DNA of 64,000 nt from Phycisphaerae bacterium (lineage in GTDB: Bacteria > Planctomycetota > Phycisphaerae > SM23-33). The notes under the pieces were generated by a model. The model did not search any database and was not told where the DNA came from. It worked only from the letters and a program-made list of their open reading frames with translations. Both the position numbers and the translations under genes were made by a program. Positions 1 to 9,081 of the stretch are shown piece by piece. Each line of letters starts with the position of its first letter. The stretch's first letter is position 1. The stretch lies in the NCBI GenBank assembly GCA_016782885.1, contig JADHXQ010000003.1:18316-82315 (forward strand). The letters run 5' to 3'.

Positions 1-37
1 GAGGTCGAAGGCGCCGGTATCCTCGCGGCGCCGGGGG

Positions 38-2059
38 TCAACGTCCGGGAGCGCTGATTCCAATTATCTCCGCGAAGAGGCCTTCGTCACTGCCTTTGAC
101 ATATACCACAGTCGAACCGAAGTACTTCCTGACCTGTTCGAAGTCGGGCAAAGCGGAAAAATCGACGAATTCCTTGAACTGGTTGACCACCATCAGCATT
201 GGAAGATTCGGGCCTGTAGATGTCCCCAAGCCAATTTCAATTTTACGCTGCGGGACACCGTTGATGCTATCGGAGCCCTTGACGTTGGGATCACGACGAG
301 GGTTCTTTGCGGCCTCTTTAGCCGCGGCACGCAATTGCGCCCACGACGCGGCGGAAGTAGTCTGCTCGTTCTGGTAGGCATACAGCCCCGCCTGCGCCGG
401 AATGTAGCGTGAAGCATGCTGATACATGGCGTCGGCGCCGATCGCCTCGATGTCTTTGCGCCCCAGGTCGCGAATGGACTGCTCGACGGCCTTGACGGGC
501 CCTACCACGAAATTGTCATCTGCAACCGCAAATGCCGCCACGGGCTCTTGTTTCACCTCCCCGCCCATCGCCATTCCCATCAGGGCCCCAAACAGATTCC
601 CGCCCAGCAGGTAGACGTTACGCTTTCGCAGTTGCCGGCGGAGTCTGGGGTCTCCTCCGGTAATGATAATGTTGTGGATGCGCCCCAACGCGCTATCCAG
701 AACCCTTCCGTTCCGCACTCCGACAGCCACCATCGTCCTGGACGAATCCGGATCGGTATAAGGTTTGGTCAGGCGTGAGGTGATAGTTATCGGACCGGTC
801 AGTTGCCCGAATACTTCCGTGCGGGCATTGACCGGTTCGCCGCCGATCGGCGGTTTGGTGGCTTTCATCGCTGTCTGCACGTACTTGTCGGCGTCTGTAT
901 TTCCGACCTTCCGAACCAGCAGGCATATCTGGTCATACATCTTGCCCATGTCGTAATTCGCGACGACAAAACCAGCCAGTCCCTTTGTCAGCAGGCGTCC
1001 TGGATTCGTGCTCGACATGCCCGGGGTGAGCAGCTTGACAAGGCCCCTGGGCTCACCGTTTATGCCCAGCAGTATCTTCGTCCTGAACTGTTCGTTCTTG
1101 CGCCGGGCAACCTGGACCACCACACCCAGACCAGTCAGCCCATCGGCGCCGAGGTTGCGGATCATCGCGGCGGCTTCGTCGCGACCATCGGCGCCCTGGT
1201 ACTCAAACGTAAACTTGATCAGAGACTTGATGTTGAGGTACATCGCCACGTCGGCCTTTCCGAGCTTGCGCATCGCCTTCCGGTATCCCTCGTCGCCCGA
1301 GAGCGTCCGGCGGTCTTCTCCGCCCATAAGGCCCAGAACTTCCCGCACCAGTTTGAAGTCCGTACTGAAGAACAGCGTGTTTCCCTTGAAGCCGTACATC
1401 GGAACTTCTCCGGTGATCTCGGCGTCATCGTCGGGGCGTTTTTTCCCCGAGGGCAGGAGTACAGAAAACCGCACGCCCCGGACGGTTCTTCGTATGCGCC
1501 TCCCGCCCTCCTCTATCATGCGATTGGTGAGTTTCTCGAACATCGCGCTGGCCGCCTCAGCGTTGTCGCCCATGTCCGCCATGACGATCACCTGCGGAGA
1601 ATTGATTTTGCGTTCCTGATGCCTGAGCACCTTCGGTTTGCCCTCCCCACTGTAATTCTCCCAGTCGAATACGGGAGTCTTGACGGTCTTCTTGCCCATT
1701 CGCATCGCAAACGTCACGCGTCCTTTGGGCCAGGGCAGCGAATCGAGCGAACTTTTTATTCCCGTGCCCTTGAGAGCACTCTTGAGTTCATCCTCAACGA
1801 GTTTGCGGATGTTCTTCTCGGCCGGTTCGATGAACTGGCGCATCGCCGGTTCCTTGTACAAACCGTAAACGCTGGTCTTTTTGAAGTTCGCGATCGTCTC
1901 GGTAACGCTCGGCACGGTTACCATCAGGAAGCAGTCGTCCGGTAGAATCCCGGCGGGGTCCTTGTCGACAGCGAGACCAACCGACGGACCGAACGCCAGA
2001 ACTGTCGAAACAACCACCGTCATCACAACGATACGCACTGCTTTCCCATGGTCAGTCAT
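38..2059 (-). CDS. hypothetical protein with an N-terminal TM/signal segment (673 aa). Its start overlaps the stop of the upstream protease gene by 4 bp, so the two are likely co-transcribed.
   Basis: Long uninterrupted ORF with a hydrophobic N-terminus (VVMTVVVSTVLAFGPSVGLA). ATGA overlap with the 2056..3129 gene. No recognisable catalytic motif. Confidence 0.55.
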   Translation of the reverse strand: MTDHGKAVRIVVMTVVVSTVLAFGPSVGLAVDKDPAGILPDDCFLMVTVPSVTETIANFKKTSVYGLYKEPAMRQFIEPAEKNIRKLVEDELKSALKGTGIKSSLDSLPWPKGRVTFAMRMGKKTVKTPVFDWENYSGEGKPKVLRHQERKINSPQVIVMADMGDNAEAASAMFEKLTNRMIEEGGRRIRRTVRGVRFSVLLPSGKKRPDDDAEITGEVPMYGFKGNTLFFSTDFKLVREVLGLMGGEDRRTLSGDEGYRKAMRKLGKADVAMYLNIKSLIKFTFEYQGADGRDEAAAMIRNLGADGLTGLGVVVQVARRKNEQFRTKILLGINGEPRGLVKLLTPGMSSTNPGRLLTKGLAGFVVANYDMGKMYDQICLLVRKVGNTDADKYVQTAMKATKPPIGGEPVNARTEVFGQLTGPITITSRLTKPYTDPDSSRTMVAVGVRNGRVLDSALGRIHNIIITGGDPRLRRQLRKRNVYLLGGNLFGALMGMAMGGEVKQEPVAAFAVADDNFVVGPVKAVEQSIRDLGRKDIEAIGADAMYQHASRYIPAQAGLYAYQNEQTTSAASWAQLRAAAKEAAKNPRRDPNVKGSDSINGVPQRKIEIGLGTSTGPNLPMLMVVNQFKEFVDFSALPDFEQVRKYFGSTVVYVKGSDEGLFAEIIGISAPGR

Positions 2060-3129
2060 TTTCTGCTCCCGGTCTTTGCTGAGGATTCGCCCGCACTATT
2101 GTCATCGAGCGTCGGTATCTTGCCCTTGGGCGGGGCTTTTCTGCTGAGGCGTCGGGCCGGCTGGAGATAGCGGACACCCGAATTGGGGTTATCTTCGTCG
2201 TATGCGAAGGCTTCGCGATTCTCGATAAAACGCTTTACGACGTCGACCGGGATGGCGAAGTTCAAACCACCGAGGTGGATATACCCCATCGAAGTTACGC
2301 CGATTATCTCGCCCTTCAGGTTGAAAAGCGGTCCGCCGGAGTTGCCCGGGTTGATGTCAGCGGTGGTCTGGATATAAAGCTGCCCCTGGAAATTGCGGTT
2401 CCTGGTCGAGACTATTCCCTGGCTGACCGTACGCGTCAGGCCCATCGGATTACCTATGGCGAAAACCTGGCGCCCGACCGTAACTTCCTTGATATTACCG
2501 AGGTAGGCGTATGCGAACGGTTTGTCGGCTTTTTCGATTTTCAGGAGCGCCAGATCCGCAAACGGATTGAGCGCGATAATCTTGACCTTCTTGTAGTGCT
2601 CCTGCCCGAATCCGCGATCGCCCCGCCGGAAAACCGTGATCTTGATGCGTGTCTCTCCGGCTATCACGTGATAGTTCGTGATCAGGTATCCGTCGGGGCT
2701 GATCAGGAAGCCCGACCCCTGCCCGCCGGGCGAGTTGACCATCACGACCGCCTGTCCGAAAGCTTTTGCCTTGGCCTCGATCGTACCGCCCTTGAGGTCC
2801 GCGGTGCGATATATCCGGCCTTTGACCGCGACCTCTCTGGCCGGACGCGTGTCCGCCCCGCCGGACGGTTGACTCGCCGCGACGCCCTTCAGTATCTGCG
2901 CGACATCGGACCGCCTGAGGCGAACGACCTCCGCCCCGAGATCGACAACCACCATTCGGGCGTCGGACTTGAGTACGCGGCCCTTGATCTCGGCGCCCCC
3001 TTTGAGGATGACACGGTCGGAGGCAAACGCCGCGCCGCACAGGAAAACCACGCCCAGACACGCCGGAAGCAGCCCCATACACACCACTGCCCCGCGACGC
3101 GTCGAATCGAAACAACCCCTTGTTATCAT
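2056..3129 (-). CDS. trypsin-like (S1 family, HtrA/DegP-like catalytic domain) serine protease
   Basis: His (ITNYHVI), Asp (DLALLKI) and Ser (GNSGGPLFN) catalytic-triad motifs appear in the canonical order. N-terminal signal/TM segment. No obvious PDZ domain. Confidence 0.8.
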   Translation of the reverse strand: MITRGCFDSTRRGAVVCMGLLPACLGVVFLCGAAFASDRVILKGGAEIKGRVLKSDARMVVVDLGAEVVRLRRSDVAQILKGVAASQPSGGADTRPAREVAVKGRIYRTADLKGGTIEAKAKAFGQAVVMVNSPGGQGSGFLISPDGYLITNYHVIAGETRIKITVFRRGDRGFGQEHYKKVKIIALNPFADLALLKIEKADKPFAYAYLGNIKEVTVGRQVFAIGNPMGLTRTVSQGIVSTRNRNFQGQLYIQTTADINPGNSGGPLFNLKGEIIGVTSMGYIHLGGLNFAIPVDVVKRFIENREAFAYDEDNPNSGVRYLQPARRLSRKAPPKGKIPTLDDNSAGESSAKTGSRK

Positions 3130-3280
3130 TTCCGACTCCCTTCGCTGGCGTCACATAGCACGTTAGTTTCGCTTCATCGCCTCGGTATCTTCCGGCCTCG
3201 ATCGGCTACATCGTAAGTGTTTGCAATTTATCGCACAAGTGCTTACCTTGATGGAGAATTCCAACCGACAGGAAGCAAAC

Positions 3281-5746
3281 ATGAATCAAGGCAAGAGATA
3301 TTCGATTTTCGCGGTATTGGCAGTTGCGGTGTCACTGGTTTGTTTGTCCGTCTCGCCGTCTTCAACCGCACCGGGGGCAGTCGAAACCAAGCGGTCGGCG
3401 ACGACCGGAAAATCGAGTAATCTCGACCAGTACTACGGTTTTGGTCCGATGGAGATACTCAAGCTCGAGTGGAGCCTGGGCGCCCCCCGGATAACCGACA
3501 TCAATCACGACGGGCTCAACGATATCATCGTGGTCAACAACACCAAGGCCCGCATCGAACTGCTGCTGCAGAAGAAGGGTTTCGACCCGGACGCCAAAGT
3601 GACAGTTGAGGTTCGCAACGACGACGTTAACGATGTTTTCGGCAGGGAGCGCAGGTGGCGGTTCCATCGCGCATCGTATGATCTGGACGTCAGCGCTTCG
3701 GCGGTGGTTGTTGCGGATTTGAATGGCGACGGCAGGGACGACCTGGCCTACAACACGAAGGAAGCACTCTACGTAACGCTCCAGAAAGCCCCGGGCAAAT
3801 CCTCGCCCCCCACGAAAAAACGCCTGAACAAGCCCGCCGCCAGGCCCGGCGAGCCAACGGGCCAAACGCCTGGCGAACCGCAATGGTTGACCGCCAGGCG
3901 CATTTCCATCAGCGGCGGTCTCCATATGCCCCACGCGCTGGCCGGCGGAGACCTCAACGGTGACAAGCGAACAGACCTGGCGTTGCTCGGCGGGAACGGA
4001 ACGTTTGTGCTCCTGCAGTCAGGCGACGGGACAATGGGCCAACCGCGGAAACTCTACTCGTCCAGCGAACGGGCGCGCAAGCTCATGATCGGCGACATTA
4101 ACAACGACGGGCTTGACGACATGGTGGTCCTGACGACTGAAAGCGCCTTTCCCCTGCGAGTTCGGTTCCAGACGCACGATGGTAAGCTCGGTCCGGAAGT
4201 CCGCCTGGCAATGAAGGCGCCGGTCGCCATGGAACTGGTGAAACTGGGCAAGCGGACCTGTCTTGCCACAATCTCCGCCCACAGCGGTCGCGTGCAGATT
4301 TGGGCGTTGGGTCAACATAAGGGGAAAGAAGCCTACCCCGTATTCACCTATCCCCTGCCCTCCGCTGAGTCGGCCGACAAGCGCGACATTGTAACCGCCG
4401 ATGTCGATGGCGACTCACTGAGCGACGTGATTGTCTCCGATCCGTCGGCGGCCGAATTCCTGCTGTATCGAGCGTCGAAAAAAACATCGCTGACCCCGGT
4501 GAAGCGATTTCCCGGTCTGACGGACATGCAGAAGCTTTGCTCCGGTGATATCGACGGTCTCGGTAAGGATTCGATAGTCTCCCTGAGCATCAAGGAGAAA
4601 CTCGTCGCCATAACGCGTTTCGAGTCCGGACGCCTGACGTTTCCCAAGTCCATCTCCGTAAAGGACGAACCGGTCGCAATCGATCTGGCCGACATCGACG
4701 GTGATTCAAAACTCGATTTGCTCTACATTGCCCGCGACAAGAAGGCCGACAAGTTCGTTCTCCGCACGGTCATGAGCGTCGGACGAAAAGACGCCAAACC
4801 CGGAAACCAGGTCGAGCTTTCCCAAGTCGCCGACCGCCCTCTGGACCTCCGCGCCGCGGACATCGACAATGACGGACAATGCGACGCGATTATCATAAAG
4901 TCGTACGGACCGCTGCTGCTGGTGCGCCAGGCGAAGGCGGGAAAGTTCGAGGAGATCGCCAAAGGCGATATTCACTCCGGACTGGTCAACAACGTGCTGG
5001 CCAATTCGATGTCGTTCGGCCCGCTCGGTCCCAAAGGCGCCACCGCCCTGCTGCTGGCACGAAAGAAATTCGCCAGATCCCTCATCTTCGCCTCCAAAGG
5101 CGGATGGCAGGTTGTCGATCAGTACCAGGCGGTCAATCAGCAGAGCAATGTCGTTGCGGCTGCGGCGTGCCGCATGCCCGGAAAAAAAGACATGACCATC
5201 GTGACCTACGACGCCGCACGCGAGCGGCTGGGCATACTCGCACGCAAAGGCGACGGTACATATCGCACCGACAAGGAACTGGAAATCGGGTCCGTAAACG
5301 TCCGCAAGATACTGGCGGGCAATTTCGGAGGCCCCTCGCCCCTGAGCCTGCTGGTCTGCGGGGCTCACAAGCTCATTCGCATACCACTGACCGGTCAGAC
5401 ACACCAGTTGTCGAAGATCGCTTCGTTTGAACCGGATATCAAGTCCGGACGGTATGGCGCGCTGACCGCGGGCGATGTCAATTCCGACAACCGACCCGAC
5501 ATCGTTCTCTGCGAACGGAGAACCCAACACGTGGAAATCCTCACATTCAATCCCCAAGCCAGGCTCGTGGCGGCCACAAAGTTCAAAGTCTTCGAACAGG
5601 CCCAGGCGCCGCGGCGCAACAAGTGGAACAACGAGGAATCCGGCGGTGAACCGAAAACCGCCGTCGTCGGCGACGTGACCGGTGACGGTAAGAACGACCT
5701 GATCCTCCTGGTCCACGACCGCCTCATAATCTATCCTCAGGACTGA
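3281..5746 (+). CDS. FG-GAP/VCBS repeat beta-propeller protein, secreted
   Basis: At least nine Ca-binding-like repeats of the form D-x-(N/D)-x-D-G-x-x-D (DINHDGLNDIIV, DLNGDGRDDLA, DINNDGLDDMVV, DVDGDSLSDVIV, DIDGDSKLDLLY, DIDNDGQCDAII, DVNSDNRPDIVL, DVTGDGKNDLIL). The start is placed at the ATG at 3281, which precedes a signal peptide and has an AGGAAG ribosome-binding site 6 nt upstream. The ORF track begins 60 nt earlier. Confidence 0.75.
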   Translation: MNQGKRYSIFAVLAVAVSLVCLSVSPSSTAPGAVETKRSATTGKSSNLDQYYGFGPMEILKLEWSLGAPRITDINHDGLNDIIVVNNTKARIELLLQKKGFDPDAKVTVEVRNDDVNDVFGRERRWRFHRASYDLDVSASAVVVADLNGDGRDDLAYNTKEALYVTLQKAPGKSSPPTKKRLNKPAARPGEPTGQTPGEPQWLTARRISISGGLHMPHALAGGDLNGDKRTDLALLGGNGTFVLLQSGDGTMGQPRKLYSSSERARKLMIGDINNDGLDDMVVLTTESAFPLRVRFQTHDGKLGPEVRLAMKAPVAMELVKLGKRTCLATISAHSGRVQIWALGQHKGKEAYPVFTYPLPSAESADKRDIVTADVDGDSLSDVIVSDPSAAEFLLYRASKKTSLTPVKRFPGLTDMQKLCSGDIDGLGKDSIVSLSIKEKLVAITRFESGRLTFPKSISVKDEPVAIDLADIDGDSKLDLLYIARDKKADKFVLRTVMSVGRKDAKPGNQVELSQVADRPLDLRAADIDNDGQCDAIIIKSYGPLLLVRQAKAGKFEEIAKGDIHSGLVNNVLANSMSFGPLGPKGATALLLARKKFARSLIFASKGGWQVVDQYQAVNQQSNVVAAAACRMPGKKDMTIVTYDAARERLGILARKGDGTYRTDKELEIGSVNVRKILAGNFGGPSPLSLLVCGAHKLIRIPLTGQTHQLSKIASFEPDIKSGRYGALTAGDVNSDNRPDIVLCERRTQHVEILTFNPQARLVAATKFKVFEQAQAPRRNKWNNEESGGEPKTAVVGDVTGDGKNDLILLVHDRLIIYPQD

Positions 5747-5846
5747 TCGCCGGTCTCGCCCCGGAAAAAATCCCTTTATTTGCGGGCCGGGGTTATGCAT
5801 CATCTCCTAAACTGAAGTGAAGTAACTTCCAAATTGGAGATATCAG

Positions 5847-7424
5847 ATGAAAACTATCGGTATGGCCGCCCTCGTTATCGCCGGTCTGCTCAGTAGTGTC
5901 GCATTGGCCGGAGACTGGCCCGATTGGGGTGGCGGACCGAATCGGAACATGGCCTCGGAGGAAAAGAACATCCCCATGTCGTTCGGGCCGGGCAAACCCA
6001 AAGGCGACAGCCGCCAGATCGACATGTCCACAACTCACAACGTCAAATGGACACTCGTACTCGGCAGCCAGACGTATGGTAACCCGGTGATCTCGGGCGG
6101 AAAAATCATCGTGGGCACAAATGACGGAATGCTCAAGGACGACCGCTTCAAGCGGACCAGGGGCGGGCTGGTGATCTGCTGCGACGCCGAAACGGGCAAG
6201 ATTCTCTGGCAGCTTGTCGTTCCGCGATTCAGAACCAACGACAGAAAGTTCAACTACGACGACCTGAATCTCGGCATCTGCAACTCCGCGGCGATCGAAG
6301 GCGACAGGGCGTATATGGTGTCAAACCGCGGCGACGTGCTCTGCCTGGACATGAACGGACAGGCCGACGGAAACGACGGGGCGTTCAAGGACGAAGGGAA
6401 GTACATGGTCGACGTGGGCAAGAAGCCCGCAAAGATAAACAAGTTCGACGCCGACATCATCTGGCGGTATAACATGATAACCGAACTGCCCATGAACCCG
6501 CAGGACGCTTCGAGCTGCGCGGTGCTCGTGGATGGGGATTTTGTCTACGCGGGCACTTCAAACGGCGTCGACCGCGGACACGTCAAATGCAAATACCCCG
6601 ACGCGCCGAGCGTGATCGTACTGGACAAGAAGACCGGAAGGCTGTTGGCTAAAGACGATGAGAAGACCAGCAGGAACATACTGCACGGACAGTGGTCGTC
6701 ACCGTCGATGGTTACCGTTGGCGGAAAGAAACTGCTCCTCTACGGCTGCGGCGACGGCGTGCTCCATGCGTTCGAGGCCCTGACCAAAACGCCACAGGAC
6801 GGAAAGGTACTCACGCTCAAGGTCGCGTGGAAATACGACTGCAGCCCCAAGGAATACCGGTTCGACACCAAGGGCAAGAAGCGCAAATACGAAAAGAGAC
6901 ACGCCAGCTACAAGAGCGGAAAACGCGGTGGAGGACCATCCGAAATCATCGCCACGCCCAATGTCTATAAGGGGCGAATCTACGTGGCCATCGGGCAGGA
7001 CTCACGCCATGGAATGGGCGACGGGGCGCTGTCGTGCGTCGATGCGGCCACCGGAAAAAGAGTCTGGATATCGAAACTGGTCGACCGGACAATGTCGACC
7101 TGTTCGATCCTGGATTCTCTGCTCTACGTGTCCGACTACACGGGCAACCTGCACTGCTTCGATCCGGACACCGGAAAACGCCATTGGGTCCACGAGACCA
7201 AGTCGCCGCTGTGGAGTTCGACATTCGCGGTTGACGGAAAGGTCTTCCTGGGCACGGAGAACAGTGAACTGTGGGTGCTCAAGGCCGGTAAGGAAAAGAA
7301 AGTACTCAACAAGATACGCCTTCTGGAGAAGATGGCCAACACTCCGACCGTCGCAAACGGCGTGCTGTATATCGCCACGGGACGATACCTCTACGCCATA
7401 GCCTCCGACGACAGGAGCAAATAG
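5847..7424 (+). CDS. PQQ-like repeat beta-propeller protein (BamB/YncE-like), secreted; paralog A of a tandem triplication
   Basis: Signal peptide followed by a DWPxWGG motif, then repeated beta-strand/turn motifs typical of PQQ-enzyme-repeat propellers. About 75% identical to the next two genes. GGAGA ribosome-binding site upstream. Confidence 0.7.
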   Translation: MKTIGMAALVIAGLLSSVALAGDWPDWGGGPNRNMASEEKNIPMSFGPGKPKGDSRQIDMSTTHNVKWTLVLGSQTYGNPVISGGKIIVGTNDGMLKDDRFKRTRGGLVICCDAETGKILWQLVVPRFRTNDRKFNYDDLNLGICNSAAIEGDRAYMVSNRGDVLCLDMNGQADGNDGAFKDEGKYMVDVGKKPAKINKFDADIIWRYNMITELPMNPQDASSCAVLVDGDFVYAGTSNGVDRGHVKCKYPDAPSVIVLDKKTGRLLAKDDEKTSRNILHGQWSSPSMVTVGGKKLLLYGCGDGVLHAFEALTKTPQDGKVLTLKVAWKYDCSPKEYRFDTKGKKRKYEKRHASYKSGKRGGGPSEIIATPNVYKGRIYVAIGQDSRHGMGDGALSCVDAATGKRVWISKLVDRTMSTCSILDSLLYVSDYTGNLHCFDPDTGKRHWVHETKSPLWSSTFAVDGKVFLGTENSELWVLKAGKEKKVLNKIRLLEKMANTPTVANGVLYIATGRYLYAIASDDRSK

Positions 7425-7447
7425 CATCCCAAACCAGGAGAGGTCGC

Positions 7448-9058
7448 ATGCGACTCGCCGATATTCTTGTAACAGTTGCCCTCGGACTGTCGAGCAGCAT
7501 CGCCTCCGCCGAAGACTGGCCCCAGTGGGGATATGGCCCGAGTCGAAACATGGCCTCGGATGCGAGGAATCTGCCCCTTTTGTTCGGACCGGGCAGGCCC
7601 AAAGATGGCAGCCGCCAGATCGATATGTCCACAACCCGCAACGTCAAGTGGGCCCTCGTCCTGGGCAGCCAGACGTACGGTAACCCGGTAATCTCGGGCG
7701 GGAAGATCATCGTTGGCACGAACGACGCGATGCTAAAAGACAACCGTTTCAAGAGGACCCGGGGCGGGCTGGTCATCTGCTGCGACGCCGATACGGGAAA
7801 AAGGCTCTGGCAACTCGTCACACCGCGATTCGAAACAAAGGACAAGAAACTCAACCTGGACCACCTGAACCTCGGCATCTGCAACTCCGCCGCAATCGAA
7901 GGCGACAGGGCATACATCATCTCCAACCGCGGCGAAGTGCTCTGCCTCGACATGAACGGACAGGCCGACGGGAACGACGGACCGTTCCAAGACGAAGGCG
8001 AGTTCATGGTCGCCAAAGGCCGCCCGCCCGCGAAGATCAACAAGTCCGACGCCGACATCATCTGGCGATACGACACGATCACCGCCCTGCCGGTCTGGCC
8101 CCATGACGCGGTGAGCTGTGCCGTGCTGATTCACGGAGATTTCCTATATGCCGGAACTTCAAACGGGGTCGACCTGTCCCATATCAACGTGCCGTATCCC
8201 GATGCGCCAAGCCTGATAGTACTGAACAAGAAAACCGGCAGGCTGCTGGCCAAAGACGACGCGAGAATCGGCAGGCGGATGCTGCACGGGCAGTGGTCAT
8301 CACCGTCCATGGGCCGCGTAAACGGCAAGACACTTATCTTCTACGGCGGAGGCGACGGGCTGCTCTATGCCTTCGAGGCGTTGAGCGAGGCGCCCGGCGG
8401 CGAAAAACCCGCCACGCTCAAGGAAGTATGGCGATACGACTGCAATCCACGCGACTACCGCTTCCGACCGAACGGCGAAAAAATCCTCTACCAGAGACTC
8501 TTCGGACCGGCGAGGAACAATACACGCGGCGAGGGGCCCGGCGAGATCATCGCGACACCTGTGTTCCACAAGGGGCGCCTCTACGTAGCCATCGGCCACG
8601 ACCCGCGCCACGGAACCGGGAAAGGGTGCCTCTCGTGCGTGGACGCCGCCACCGGAAAGAAAATATGGGAATCGCGCGACGTCGAGCGATCGCTGTCGAC
8701 CTGTTCGATCTACAACGGACTACTCTACATCGCCGACTATACGGGCAACGTGCATTGCTTCGATCCGGACACCGGCAAGCGCCACTGGGTCCACCACACC
8801 GACGGGGAATATGGAAAGTGGATCCTCAAGACCAACTCGCCCCTGTGGAGTTCGACGTTCGCGGCCGACGGGAAAGTCTATCTCGGCACGGAAAAGAAAG
8901 AACTGTGGGTCTTCCAGGCCGGAAGAAAAAAGAAGGTCCTCAACAAGATCCGCCTCCTGGAAAAGATGTCCAACACCCCGATCGCGGCAAATGGTATATT
9001 GTATGTCGCCACCGGACGATACCTCTACGCCGTAACCGATGACGCCAAGAGCAGGTAG
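7448..9058 (+). CDS. PQQ-like repeat beta-propeller protein, paralog B
   Basis: Highly similar to 5847..7424 and 9082..10851. A 23-bp spacer before it carries AGGAGA. Confidence 0.7.
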   Translation: MRLADILVTVALGLSSSIASAEDWPQWGYGPSRNMASDARNLPLLFGPGRPKDGSRQIDMSTTRNVKWALVLGSQTYGNPVISGGKIIVGTNDAMLKDNRFKRTRGGLVICCDADTGKRLWQLVTPRFETKDKKLNLDHLNLGICNSAAIEGDRAYIISNRGEVLCLDMNGQADGNDGPFQDEGEFMVAKGRPPAKINKSDADIIWRYDTITALPVWPHDAVSCAVLIHGDFLYAGTSNGVDLSHINVPYPDAPSLIVLNKKTGRLLAKDDARIGRRMLHGQWSSPSMGRVNGKTLIFYGGGDGLLYAFEALSEAPGGEKPATLKEVWRYDCNPRDYRFRPNGEKILYQRLFGPARNNTRGEGPGEIIATPVFHKGRLYVAIGHDPRHGTGKGCLSCVDAATGKKIWESRDVERSLSTCSIYNGLLYIADYTGNVHCFDPDTGKRHWVHHTDGEYGKWILKTNSPLWSSTFAADGKVYLGTEKKELWVFQAGRKKKVLNKIRLLEKMSNTPIAANGILYVATGRYLYAVTDDAKSR

Positions 9059-9081
9059 CGCCCAAAGCCAGGAAAGATTGC

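Noticed and set aside
803-1945. Long ORFs on the opposite strand inside large genes. Examples are 803..1945(+), 27240..29024(+), 34656..36578(+), 45258..47480(+), 23609..25120(-), 57986..59080(-) and 4706..5803(-).
   Set aside because: They lie antisense to well-supported genes with recognisable domains. They have no domain signatures of their own and are rich in Arg, Gly and Ala. These are typical shadow ORFs of high-GC DNA.
5747-5846. A possible intrinsic terminator after the FG-GAP gene (ccccgg...ccgggg).
   Set aside because: The stem is only 6 bp with a 22-nt loop and there is no T-tract, so it is not convincing.
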